Shown: positions 55,744 through 64,000 of the stretch, piece after piece
Layout: each line of letters starts with the position of its first letter
Position numbering within the stretch: position 1 is the stretch's first letter
The notes under the pieces: generated by a model
Database searches by the model: none
The model's input: only the letters and a program-made list of their open reading frames with translations
What the model was told of the DNA's origin: nothing
Made by a program: the position numbers and the translations under genes
Source: an uncultured Gammaproteobacteria bacterium
Lineage (GTDB): Bacteria > Patescibacteriota > Microgenomatia > UBA8517
DNA length: 64,000 bases
Direction: 5' to 3'
Assembly: GCA_964427735.1 (NCBI GenBank)
Contig: CAYRUS010000001.1
Location: 602,201 to 666,200 of the forward strand

Positions 55744-56370
55744 TTATTTTTCTATTAATTCAAAAGTGGACAGAACCTGGTCATAAATAGGGTCATATTG
55801 GCTCCCATCTTCAGTTGTGTTTTTAAGAAATATTTCAAAGCCAACATCTTTGTAATTAAAATAAATTCGAGTTGAATTTATGTTCGGGAGAGCTTGCTGA
55901 TATGAATAACGATACATTGCAGCTTCCTGATGAGCAACCATTGTATTCTCAACCGGAGGTGAAAGATAGGTGTAGATATTTTTATATGGATTGGTAATAT
56001 GAATTGCCATTTCGGCATGTGCGTTAGGATACTGATCTCCCACGAACCCACATTCTTGTAAATATTTTTTTGAGAAGACTATTACATTATTATTAAAATT
56101 ATCAGTCACACATGGATCATATGGATTATCAGCTAGAGTCATAGCAATCCACTCTTGTGGGTGTTTTAGGTGAAAGCTAAGTTTTTCATTTTCATAGGTA
56201 AATGTCTTCCAATTATCTGGATTCTCATTCGTATAAATATCTGGAGATGTGGAGGAAATAGGACTCTCAATAGTAGTATTTGATTTTTTATTCTTCAAAA
56301 GCCATGCTCCTCCTAGCAAGACAAAAATAGCACCAGTGAGCAAAAATATATGTGCAAAACCTTTATTCAT
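55744..56370 (-). CDS. membrane-anchored exported protein, paralog C of a three-gene array
   Basis: Start taken at the internal Met (MNKGFAHIFLL). Shares an N-terminal KGFAH+TM, a central NWKTFTYENEKLSFHLKHP motif and a C-terminal QVLSTFELIEK with the two neighbouring genes. Confidence 0.5.
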   Translation of the reverse strand: MNKGFAHIFLLTGAIFVLLGGAWLLKNKKSNTTIESPISSTSPDIYTNENPDNWKTFTYENEKLSFHLKHPQEWIAMTLADNPYDPCVTDNFNNNVIVFSKKYLQECGFVGDQYPNAHAEMAIHITNPYKNIYTYLSPPVENTMVAHQEAAMYRYSYQQALPNINSTRIYFNYKDVGFEIFLKNTTEDGSQYDPIYDQVLSTFELIEK

Positions 56371-56944
56371 TTTCTGTAAATTCAAAGGTTGAGAGGATTT
56401 GATTAGAAACATTTTCTGCCGAATCAACTTCCATAGTATTATTTTTGTTAGATAATCCGAAATTCCATTGTAGAACTTTTCCATCATCCAATTTATATTC
56501 AAGTATTATTTGTCCTGGTAGTTTATCACTAAAAGCAATATCTTCAGGAGAAGTTGTTATATATTTATTAAATTCAATTTGATTAATAGTTTGGTTGGTT
56601 TTTTCATCAATAATAGGACAAAGACCATCACACTCTTCAATACTAAATGGTGTGATTAAAAAATTAACATTTTCGTTGATTTTTAAGTAGTCTTCACCAT
56701 CTACTGTTTCTTCAAGTGTGGTATCAGTACTTCTTGGGTATTTAAAAGAAAATCCATATTCTTCATTTGTATAAGTTTTCCAATCATCTGTAGGATCTGA
56801 AGTTTCTGTCAAAGCTGCATTTTCTGCTGGTGCATCGCTTGTATTATCAAAAGGATTGTTAGATGAAAGGTAAATTACACCTATGCCAACGGCAAGTAAT
56901 GCTATAACAAGAAGTAAGTGGGCAAAACCTTTATTATTCTCCAT
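56363..56944 (-). CDS. membrane-anchored exported protein, paralog B
   Basis: MENNKGFAHLLLV+TM, DDWKTYTNEEYGFSFKYP, and C-terminal NQILSTFEF. The start overlaps the stop of paralog A (AATGGAGAATAA). Confidence 0.5.
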   Translation of the reverse strand: MENNKGFAHLLLVIALLAVGIGVIYLSSNNPFDNTSDAPAENAALTETSDPTDDWKTYTNEEYGFSFKYPRSTDTTLEETVDGEDYLKINENVNFLITPFSIEECDGLCPIIDEKTNQTINQIEFNKYITTSPEDIAFSDKLPGQIILEYKLDDGKVLQWNFGLSNKNNTMEVDSAENVSNQILSTFEFTENE

Positions 56945-57800
56945 TTAAATTAAAATTACTTGCTGGTGAGGATGGTTCAATAAATTGGAAAGTAGAAAGG
57001 ATTTGCTGGAAAGTTTCTTCAAAGCTGTCTTCTGTTCCATCAGTTTTTCCCAACACGATTACAGTATTACCCCTGGGTAATGGAACAAAGTAAAATTCAG
57101 TGTCTGATAATGGTTTGTAACCCGTTAGCTTGACTCCTTGCTGATTTGCTAGAGTAATAGGTGATTGTAGGGGATTTATTGGTACAGAATTACCGCCGGG
57201 ATCAAAATTCTCGAGGAGTGTTTGTTTACTTTCATCTATATAATTTTCAAAAGTTGAGACATCAGATTTAATAAAAATAGAAAAACCATCAAACGGTTTA
57301 TCTGTTCCTTCTAGGATAGTGTCTGGGTCTGCAAGAGTGATTGTGGGTTGGTCAACAGAATCAGGACCGGCGATTCTGCAACAATCAATTGATAGATGAC
57401 CTGGATACTTAAAAGCGAACCCATACTCAGTATTGGTATAAGTCTCCCAATCTGCCATTGGGTCTGGGGTTGCAGTTGGAAGCGGGGGTTGGGTCTCTTC
57501 AGGAAGTTTGGTTTCCTGCATTGTAAACATTTGCTTTTTAAGATTTTGGTTTTGCATAAAGAAAAATGCAGCAAGAGCTGATGCAAGAATCACTCCTATA
57601 CCAAGAACAATCAAAATCATACGACTAATGCCTTTTGTCGCAGATCCTGGGGGAGGAGTAGGCGGTGTATTGGTAAAACTATGTGTAGTTGTGGGTGGTA
57701 CAGGATTTTGTCCAAATGAATTTTCAGGCATAAATTCAGATTGATTCGTTACATTTTGAGAACTATTTTCAATAGGATTAATTGTATCTTCTGGGTTCAT
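56934..57800 (-). CDS. membrane-anchored exported protein, paralog A, with Pro/Thr-rich N-terminal cytoplasmic tail
   Basis: TM helix, ADWETYTNTEYGFAFKYP, and C-terminal QQILSTFQFIE. Confidence 0.5.
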   Translation of the reverse strand: MNPEDTINPIENSSQNVTNQSEFMPENSFGQNPVPPTTTHSFTNTPPTPPPGSATKGISRMILIVLGIGVILASALAAFFFMQNQNLKKQMFTMQETKLPEETQPPLPTATPDPMADWETYTNTEYGFAFKYPGHLSIDCCRIAGPDSVDQPTITLADPDTILEGTDKPFDGFSIFIKSDVSTFENYIDESKQTLLENFDPGGNSVPINPLQSPITLANQQGVKLTGYKPLSDTEFYFVPLPRGNTVIVLGKTDGTEDSFEETFQQILSTFQFIEPSSPASNFNLNGE

Positions 57801-58031
57801 AGCTCATTGTGACATATTTTAAAAGGGTTTAGCAAATCTTGAAAAACTAAATATTAATCTCACAGTAGATATTTATTGTTTACACTCTAAAAGAGATAGC
57901 TGGGCATATTTTACTGTGTTGCAGTCACTTTTTTAACTTTCCACGACAATCTTCTAACTTCTAAAATCCAATGGCCAACGTTTAACGTCCAGTGGCTTGT
58001 TTGCAAATCATAAATGGGTTAGAGTAAGTCT

Positions 58032-59018
58032 ATGCACAACATAGTAGTTTTCGGTTCTGCACGAATGGATGTATTTTTGATGTTGCCTCCAAATAAGCTA
58101 GAACAAAAATGCAGCTTGGATACGCAACGTTGTATGATAGAGCTTTCGTACTCCTCTAAACTTGGACTTGATGATGCTATTTTTAAAATGGGTGGGAATG
58201 GAGCAAACGTTGCAGTGGGAACCAAGCGTTTAGGTGGTGAGAGTACTTTGGTTGCCGAACTTGGAGAAGGACCATTAGCAGATTACGCAGCTAATATTCT
58301 TGAAAAAGAAATAATTATGGAGCATGTGTCTCGGACAGAGGGAGTAAGAGAAGGTTTTGGAGCAGTAATTGTTTACCAAGGAGAGAGAACTATCCTTTCA
58401 TACTATTCACCAAAAAGACCACCTTTTCCGCACCATTTACCTGCGTCTGAATGGGCATATTTAACTTCTGTGGGAGATAATTTTGAAGATTTTTACGAAG
58501 ATGTATTAGTTTGGCTCAATCGAACAGATGCAAGGCTAGTATTTAATCCGGGTGGAAGGCAAATTGCCAAAGGAGAGGAGTGGCTTTCCAAATACCTTGA
58601 GAGAACAGAGTGTCTTCTGGTTAACAGAGAAGAAGGAGAAAAAATAACAGGAATGGAAAGGACAATCGGAAAAGAAAAAGAACTAATGGATAGATTATCC
58701 TCTTTAGGAGCAAAAATTGTTGTAATAACAGATGGACCTGCTGGTTCATACGCAAAAGATGGAGATGCATATTACAAAATGGGTATTTATCCAGTTGATG
58801 CTATCGAAAGAACTGGGGCTGGAGATTCATTTAGCACAGGATTTATTGCAAGCTTGACACAAAATCATGATGTGCCACAAGCTATGTTGTGGGGTACACT
58901 TAATTCAGCATCAGTAATAGGCTACGTAGGACCTCAGGACGGACTTCTTACCACAGAAAAGATGCGGGAGTGGCTTGAAAGAGCTGGGAGTGTTGGACTT
59001 AAAGCAGAGGAATTTTAA
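58032..59018 (+). CDS. PfkB/ribokinase-family sugar kinase (copy 1)
   Basis: GGNGANVAVG N-terminal motif and C-terminal TGAGDSFSTGFIASL, with the anion-hole/catalytic Asp. Confidence 0.8.
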   Translation: MHNIVVFGSARMDVFLMLPPNKLEQKCSLDTQRCMIELSYSSKLGLDDAIFKMGGNGANVAVGTKRLGGESTLVAELGEGPLADYAANILEKEIIMEHVSRTEGVREGFGAVIVYQGERTILSYYSPKRPPFPHHLPASEWAYLTSVGDNFEDFYEDVLVWLNRTDARLVFNPGGRQIAKGEEWLSKYLERTECLLVNREEGEKITGMERTIGKEKELMDRLSSLGAKIVVITDGPAGSYAKDGDAYYKMGIYPVDAIERTGAGDSFSTGFIASLTQNHDVPQAMLWGTLNSASVIGYVGPQDGLLTTEKMREWLERAGSVGLKAEEF

Positions 59019-59021
59019 ATC

Positions 59022-60014
59022 ATGCCAGGTCTGGATTTGCTATCAATTGGAGATGTCACCATGGACGTTTTTATCGAGCCTGTGGAACACCAGGAATTGT
59101 GTAATATCGACACAAAAGAAGCATATATATGTTTTTCTTACGGAGATAAAATTCCAGTTAGAAATATTGATTACTCAGTTGGTGGGAATGCTGCAAATAA
59201 CGCTGTAGGAGCTGCTCGGTTAGGTGTACGCGTTGGATTAGTTACAACTCTTGGCGGTGATAGTACGGGAAATCAAATTGTAGAAAAACTTTCAGAAGAA
59301 GCAATTGATCTTTCATATGCTATACAACAGCCTACAGCAGGTTCAAACTATTCCACAATTATTAATTATAGTGGAGAAAGAACTATTTTTTCTTATCACG
59401 CACCACGAAGTTATGAGTTTCCTGTTCAGCTTCCCAAAGTTGAGTGGATTTATCTTACTTCTATGGGTGAAACTTTTCAGCCATTTTATAATCACTTTAC
59501 ACACTGGTTAAAACTTAACCCTCAAATTAAACTAGCCTATAATCCAGGTAGCCATCAAATACGAGCAAAAAGAGAATCTATTGACCCCATTCTTCAGTTA
59601 ACGCATGTTATTTATGTTAATCGAAATGAAGCTGAAATATTAACAGATATGGAAAACACTAAAGGAAAGGAAAAGGAACTTTTAAAATCTTTAAATAGAT
59701 TAGGACCCAAAACCTGCATTATTACAGATGGAAGTAGTGGCTCATTTGCCTTTGATGGTGAAAAATTTTATCATGCTGGAATATTGCCGGTTGATTCATA
59801 CGAAAGAACGGGTGCTGGTGATGCATTTGGTTCAGGTTGTATTTCAGCTCTAATAAAGGGTTTATCTTGGGAAGAAGCTTTGCAGTGGGGCACTGTTAAT
59901 TCAGCCTCAGTTATTGGATATGTAGGTGGACAAAAAGGACTTTTAAGAGAAGTTGATATACAAGTGTGGATTGAGAGAGCAAAAAGTGGTGGAGTTGAAG
60001 TCAAAGAAATTTAA
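59022..60014 (+). CDS. PfkB/ribokinase-family sugar kinase (copy 2, tandem paralog)
   Basis: GGNAANNAVG and TGAGDAFGSGCISAL. Same architecture as the upstream gene. Confidence 0.8.
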   Translation: MPGLDLLSIGDVTMDVFIEPVEHQELCNIDTKEAYICFSYGDKIPVRNIDYSVGGNAANNAVGAARLGVRVGLVTTLGGDSTGNQIVEKLSEEAIDLSYAIQQPTAGSNYSTIINYSGERTIFSYHAPRSYEFPVQLPKVEWIYLTSMGETFQPFYNHFTHWLKLNPQIKLAYNPGSHQIRAKRESIDPILQLTHVIYVNRNEAEILTDMENTKGKEKELLKSLNRLGPKTCIITDGSSGSFAFDGEKFYHAGILPVDSYERTGAGDAFGSGCISALIKGLSWEEALQWGTVNSASVIGYVGGQKGLLREVDIQVWIERAKSGGVEVKEI

Positions 60015-60035
60015 GTTGTGTTATTCTAAAGTAGT

Positions 60036-61028
60036 ATGGCAAAAATATTTGTAAGTAGGAAGATATCTGGTGAGGCATTCGACAAGCTTATGAACTCTGA
60101 GCATGAGGTTGTAGTTTTCAAGGAGGACAGATCTCTTACTCCAGAGGAATTAATTGAAAATGCTAAAGGTGTGGATGCAATGCTGACACTTTTAACTGAC
60201 AAAATTGATCTTGATGTAATGGATGCTATCGGACCACAGCTCAAGGTTGTGAGCAATTATGCAGTGGGTTTTAATAATATAAATATTGGTGATGCTACAA
60301 AAAGTGGTGTGGTAGTCACGAACACCCCTTCTGAAGAAGTAAATCAGTCAGTAGCAGAATTTGCTTGGACTTTGATGCTTTCTTTGGCAAAAAGAGTAGT
60401 CGAGGCGGATGAAACCACCAGACGTGGTGCTTATAAAGGATGGGAACCTCATATTTACATTGGAACAAATATGAAAGATAAGACTTTAGGAATAGTTGGT
60501 ATGGGCAGGATTGGTGAGATCACAGCAGAGCTTGCAAATGGGTTTGGTATGAAAGTTTTGTATAACAACAGAAATAGAAAAGAAGAACTTGAAAAACAAT
60601 TAGGAGTTGAATTTAGAGAAGGTTTAGACGATCTTTTGGCAGAGAGTGATTTTGTTTCTCTACATGTTCCTTTGACAGATGAAACAAGACATCTTATTAA
60701 TAAGGAAACTCTGAAAAAGATGAAGAGAGGAGCATATTTAGTTAATACTGCACGAGGACCAGTTGTTGATGAACACGATTTAGTAGAGGCTTTAAAAGGT
60801 GGACATTTAGCAGGAGCTGGTCTTGATGTATATGAATCAGAGCCTGATATAAATCCAGAACTTATAGCTATGGAGAACGTTATTTTAACACCTCATATTG
60901 CTAGTGCTACAAAAGAAGCTCGTGATAAAATGTGCGAGCAAGCAGTCAATGCAATTTTTGATGTGCTCTCAGGTAAAAAACCTGAAAATATAGTGAATGA
61001 GGAAGTCTGGGAACAGAGGTTTGTATAG
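60036..61028 (+). CDS. D-isomer-specific 2-hydroxyacid dehydrogenase (glycerate/hydroxypyruvate reductase-like)
   Basis: NAD-binding GIVGMGRIGEITAE, catalytic RGPVVDE...H motif (TPHIASAT), and the LHVPLTDETRHLIN segment. Confidence 0.85.
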   Translation: MAKIFVSRKISGEAFDKLMNSEHEVVVFKEDRSLTPEELIENAKGVDAMLTLLTDKIDLDVMDAIGPQLKVVSNYAVGFNNINIGDATKSGVVVTNTPSEEVNQSVAEFAWTLMLSLAKRVVEADETTRRGAYKGWEPHIYIGTNMKDKTLGIVGMGRIGEITAELANGFGMKVLYNNRNRKEELEKQLGVEFREGLDDLLAESDFVSLHVPLTDETRHLINKETLKKMKRGAYLVNTARGPVVDEHDLVEALKGGHLAGAGLDVYESEPDINPELIAMENVILTPHIASATKEARDKMCEQAVNAIFDVLSGKKPENIVNEEVWEQRFV

Positions 61029-61053
61029 CTTGTTGAGAAAGTTTGTTTTTAAG

Positions 61054-61374
61054 CTATTTTACTGTCAATAAGTTTTTTATTTCATCCAAATGGGTTTGTA
61101 ACTTACTGCTTTTTGGATTTAATTCTGATTTTAATTTTGTAGTTATCTTCTTTAATTCTTTTTCCATTTCGTAAAGCTCTTTTTGAAATTCTGGTGTAGG
61201 TTCTCTTAACTCTGTAAAAGCTTCTCCTCTAATCATTCTAAAAAATTCATACATAATAATAAATTTTGGGTATTGCGATTCTAAATCACTTACAGACTCA
61301 AATTCACTTTTAATCAAGTCATATAATTGTCTGCTAAAGTTTTTATAATTTTCTGCTGAAAATTTAGTATTCAT
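61054..61374 (-). CDS. hypothetical helical protein
   Basis: 106-aa ORF. No family recognised. Confidence 0.35.
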   Translation of the reverse strand: MNTKFSAENYKNFSRQLYDLIKSEFESVSDLESQYPKFIIMYEFFRMIRGEAFTELREPTPEFQKELYEMEKELKKITTKLKSELNPKSSKLQTHLDEIKNLLTVK

Positions 61375-61462
61375 GCTTAAATTGTAACATGAAGTTAAAA
61401 GACTATAAATAAGGACATAGGTTTATTAAGTGTCTAATATTTAGATAGTGTAAAATGGAGAT

Positions 61463-62536
61463 ATGTTTAAATTCTTGAAACGAGGGAAAAAAGAGGAAGA
61501 AGATATCGCTAGTATTCTTGATCAAGATGATCTTGAAAAGAAAAAAACCACCAGAAAACCTCGAAAAAAGAAAGAAAACATAAAACCATGGACTAGAAAA
61601 GAAAGGTATTTAGTTTTATCTGTGCTTTTGTTTACAATTTTTATGTCAGGGGCATTAGCTGTTTCTGCAAGGGAATGGAAGCTGCCTGGACTACCTAGAA
61701 TTGAGTTACCATCCTTACAAGGAGAAAAAATAATTATCACTAAGGATCCAACTTATATTGATGAGGGGAAGGAAGAAATGCAGGAAAGAGCCACACAAAT
61801 ACTGTCAGGAGTTGATGAAATTACAAAAACCCTTTCTGGAGTATATGGGGTTTATATCATTGACCTGAATTCTGATTTCTCATTTGGAGTTCATGAAGAT
61901 GAAGTATTTAAAGCAGCATCCTTAATTAAATTACCGGTTATGGCAGGGATGTATATGCAAGCTGAGCAAGGTGAGTTTGATATGGATGATATTTATTCTT
62001 TAAGAGAAGAAGACAAAGTAGCTGGTGCAGGTAGTCTTTATGGACAACCTGCTGGAACAGGATTAACTTATCGTGAATTAGTAGAATACATGGGAAAGGA
62101 ATCAGATAATACAGCTTTTAGAGCTTCAGTAAATATCTTAGGGGAAGAAAGGGTATCAGGTATCATAAAAGAAATAGGAATGACTAATACTTCTGAGGAA
62201 ACAAACAACACAACACCACGAGATATTGGTATATTTTTTCAAAAGTTATGGAAAAAAAGGTTGGTAAATACAGAAAATACACAAGAAATAATGGATGCAT
62301 TAACAGACACGGTGTATGAAAATTGGCTAGCAGCAGGAATTACGGATGACGTAGTAGTTGCACATAAGTATGGTAGGGAACTACATACAGTTAATGATGC
62401 AGGAATTGTTTTTATTGATAATCCGTATGTTCTTGTTATAGTCACAAAAGGTGTGGTTGAATCAGAAGCAGATAAAACTCTACCAGAAATTTCCAAATTT
62501 ATTTTTGGGAAAATGAATGAAGACGACGGAAATTAA
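61463..62536 (+). CDS. membrane-anchored serine hydrolase, class A beta-lactamase-like
   Basis: SxxK (AASLIK), SDN (ESDNTAF) and K(Y)G (AHKYG) motifs in class A order. Basic N-terminus, then a TM anchor. Confidence 0.65.
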   Translation: MFKFLKRGKKEEEDIASILDQDDLEKKKTTRKPRKKKENIKPWTRKERYLVLSVLLFTIFMSGALAVSAREWKLPGLPRIELPSLQGEKIIITKDPTYIDEGKEEMQERATQILSGVDEITKTLSGVYGVYIIDLNSDFSFGVHEDEVFKAASLIKLPVMAGMYMQAEQGEFDMDDIYSLREEDKVAGAGSLYGQPAGTGLTYRELVEYMGKESDNTAFRASVNILGEERVSGIIKEIGMTNTSEETNNTTPRDIGIFFQKLWKKRLVNTENTQEIMDALTDTVYENWLAAGITDDVVVAHKYGRELHTVNDAGIVFIDNPYVLVIVTKGVVESEADKTLPEISKFIFGKMNEDDGN

Positions 62537-62544
62537 GATCTTTT

Positions 62545-64000
62545 TTAACCTCTTCTTTCAGCTCTTTCTTTATCAGCTTTTGCTTCTATTGTATCGAGTC
62601 TGCAAGCAAACTTAGGTGTAGTTTCTTCTAAAAACCATTCATTTTTTGCTGGACATCCCTCACATGGCAGTGTACCTGTGTATGGACAGGTTGCTATTGA
62701 AACTACTCCTTCAGGAACTGTCCATGCGATTGAAGGCTTGTCTTCAACAAGATTTGTCATGATTTTATTAAAAATAGTTGATGCTCCTGTAACTCCGGAT
62801 GCAACGCGACTCATTGGTGAATTATCATTATTCCCGACCCAAACTGCTACCACATAATCTTGTGTATAACCTACTGTTAGGTTGTCTCTTAAATTATTGC
62901 TTGTTCCAGTTTTAACTGCTACTTCTTCGTGTCCAGGTATAACAAGTTGTGAATGACTACCGAATGCAGGAGTTCTAGCTTCATTATCTTTCAAAATATC
63001 TGTTAGCAAAAATGAAACTCTTTCGTCTAAGACGCGATCACCTTTGCAAAAATAACTATTGCTCGTTGGTAGAGTATCAGCTTGAGCTGCGGAAACGCTT
63101 AGTATTGAATCTACAAATTTTAATTTGTCGTCCACATCTCTATAAATGCATCGGTTTTCTTCCAATATATCGTTCCGGTAATTTGTCACCTTTTTTATTG
63201 CATTTAATTGAGGCTTAACTCCATAATTTGCCACAGTTGCATATACTTGTGCCAATTCTACTAGTTTTACTTCACCGCCGCCTAAAGTTAATGATAAACC
63301 AAAACGACTCTTGTCATTCCAGGTTGATATACCCATCTTTGTTCCTAGTTCAATCATTTTATCTACTCCATATGAATTAAGTATTTTAACTGCTGGAATG
63401 TTTCGGGACTCTGCAAGAGCACTTCTTAAATTAATCTTTCCTTTGTAGGTGTCGTCATAATTTTTGGGTGTATAAGGTGGCTGACCAGGAATGGAATAGA
63501 CAACAGGAGTATCTTCAAGAATTGTAGCAGGGGTAAATCCATTGGATAGAGCATATGCATAATTTACTATTTTTATTGAGGACCCAGGTTGTCTTAAAGC
63601 AATTGCAGCGTTTACATTACCGTCATTTTGAGTATCAAAATAGTCAGTTGATCCTACCATAGCAAGAATTTCACCGGTCTTTGGATCCATCACAACAACA
63701 GCAGCATTGCTGACATTAAAGCGCTGGAGATTACTAATCTCATCTTTCACTACCTGTTCAGCCATTTTTTGAACCTCATAATCTAAAGTGGTAATAACTT
63801 CGAGTCCTCCGGTCTCTACAATTTCCCTGCCATATTTTTGCTCTAACAAGTCTCGTGCATACATTACAAAGTGAGGTGCACGAATTTCTATGTTATTTGG
63901 TGCAAAAACTATTTCTTCTTGTTCTGCTTTTTCTCTTTCTTCTTTAGTGATAAACCCGTTTACCTCCATTAATTTCAGAACTGTCTTTTGTCTTTTTAAT
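62545..64000 (-). CDS. class A penicillin-binding protein, transpeptidase domain; N-terminal part runs off the window edge
   Basis: SSIK (SxxK), SRN (SxN) and KTGT motifs. The reading frame stays open upstream of the annotated Met to position 64000, so the transglycosylase domain is presumably beyond the window. Confidence 0.8.
   Translation of the reverse strand, partial: LKRQKTVLKLMEVNGFITKEEREKAEQEEIVFAPNNIEIRAPHFVMYARDLLEQKYGREIVETGGLEVITTLDYEVQKMAEQVVKDEISNLQRFNVSNAAVVVMDPKTGEILAMVGSTDYFDTQNDGNVNAAIALRQPGSSIKIVNYAYALSNGFTPATILEDTPVVYSIPGQPPYTPKNYDDTYKGKINLRSALAESRNIPAVKILNSYGVDKMIELGTKMGISTWNDKSRFGLSLTLGGGEVKLVELAQVYATVANYGVKPQLNAIKKVTNYRNDILEENRCIYRDVDDKLKFVDSILSVSAAQADTLPTSNSYFCKGDRVLDERVSFLLTDILKDNEARTPAFGSHSQLVIPGHEEVAVKTGTSNNLRDNLTVGYTQDYVVAVWVGNNDNSPMSRVASGVTGASTIFNKIMTNLVEDKPSIAWTVPEGVVSIATCPYTGTLPCEGCPAKNEWFLEETTPKFACRLDTIEAKADKERAERRG

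Noticed and set aside
1-64000. CRISPR arrays, rRNA or tRNA genes, integrases or transposases
   Set aside because: I scanned intergenic regions for regularly spaced direct repeats, tRNA T-arm signatures and recombinase motifs. None were found. The only notable repeats are coding low-complexity tracts and the hairpins reported above.

Overview
This is a compact, AT-rich bacterial window that uses the standard code. TAA, TGA and TAG all terminate genes. Genes are tightly packed, often overlapping at stop/start, and mostly on the + strand. Several features point to a reduced-genome, Gram-positive-like or CPR/Patescibacteria-like organism, though I cannot assign taxonomy from sequence alone. These are an archaeal-type short triosephosphate isomerase, a eukaryote-type class I fructose-bisphosphate aldolase, a split transketolase, an LCP protein, a TagA/WecB glycosyltransferase, and many DUF1801/VOC small paralogs.

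Recognisable core genes include tatC, a DEAD-box helicase, an ABC exporter, radC and mutS-mutL. The mutS-mutL pair is followed directly by an endonuclease-Q-like PHP protein. A central-carbon block carries a glutaredoxin-like gene, tpi, rpiB, pgk, gap, an rpe-LOG fusion, tktN/tktC and a class I fba. It is followed by two tandem PfkB sugar kinases and a 2-hydroxyacid dehydrogenase. The right edge holds a beta-lactamase-like serine hydrolase and a class A PBP truncated by the window edge.

The most unusual content is two visibly G+C-richer minus-strand cassettes at 1-1797 and 7421-9323. They encode phage tail-fibre / receptor-binding-like proteins that share a conserved C-terminal module. They flank a 5.6 kb block of ion-homeostasis and small accessory genes.

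Other notable items:
- an orphan CheY-like response regulator interrupted by a single in-frame TAA;
- a decayed DUF1801 gene fragment inside an array of DUF1801/VOC paralogs;
- an rpe-LOG gene fusion;
- three translationally coupled paralogous membrane-anchored exported proteins;
- an orphan 433-aa protein with no recognisable domain;
- a dockerin-bearing secreted protein beside FN3 and RCC1 surface proteins.

I saw no rRNA, tRNA, CRISPR array, integrase or transposase.
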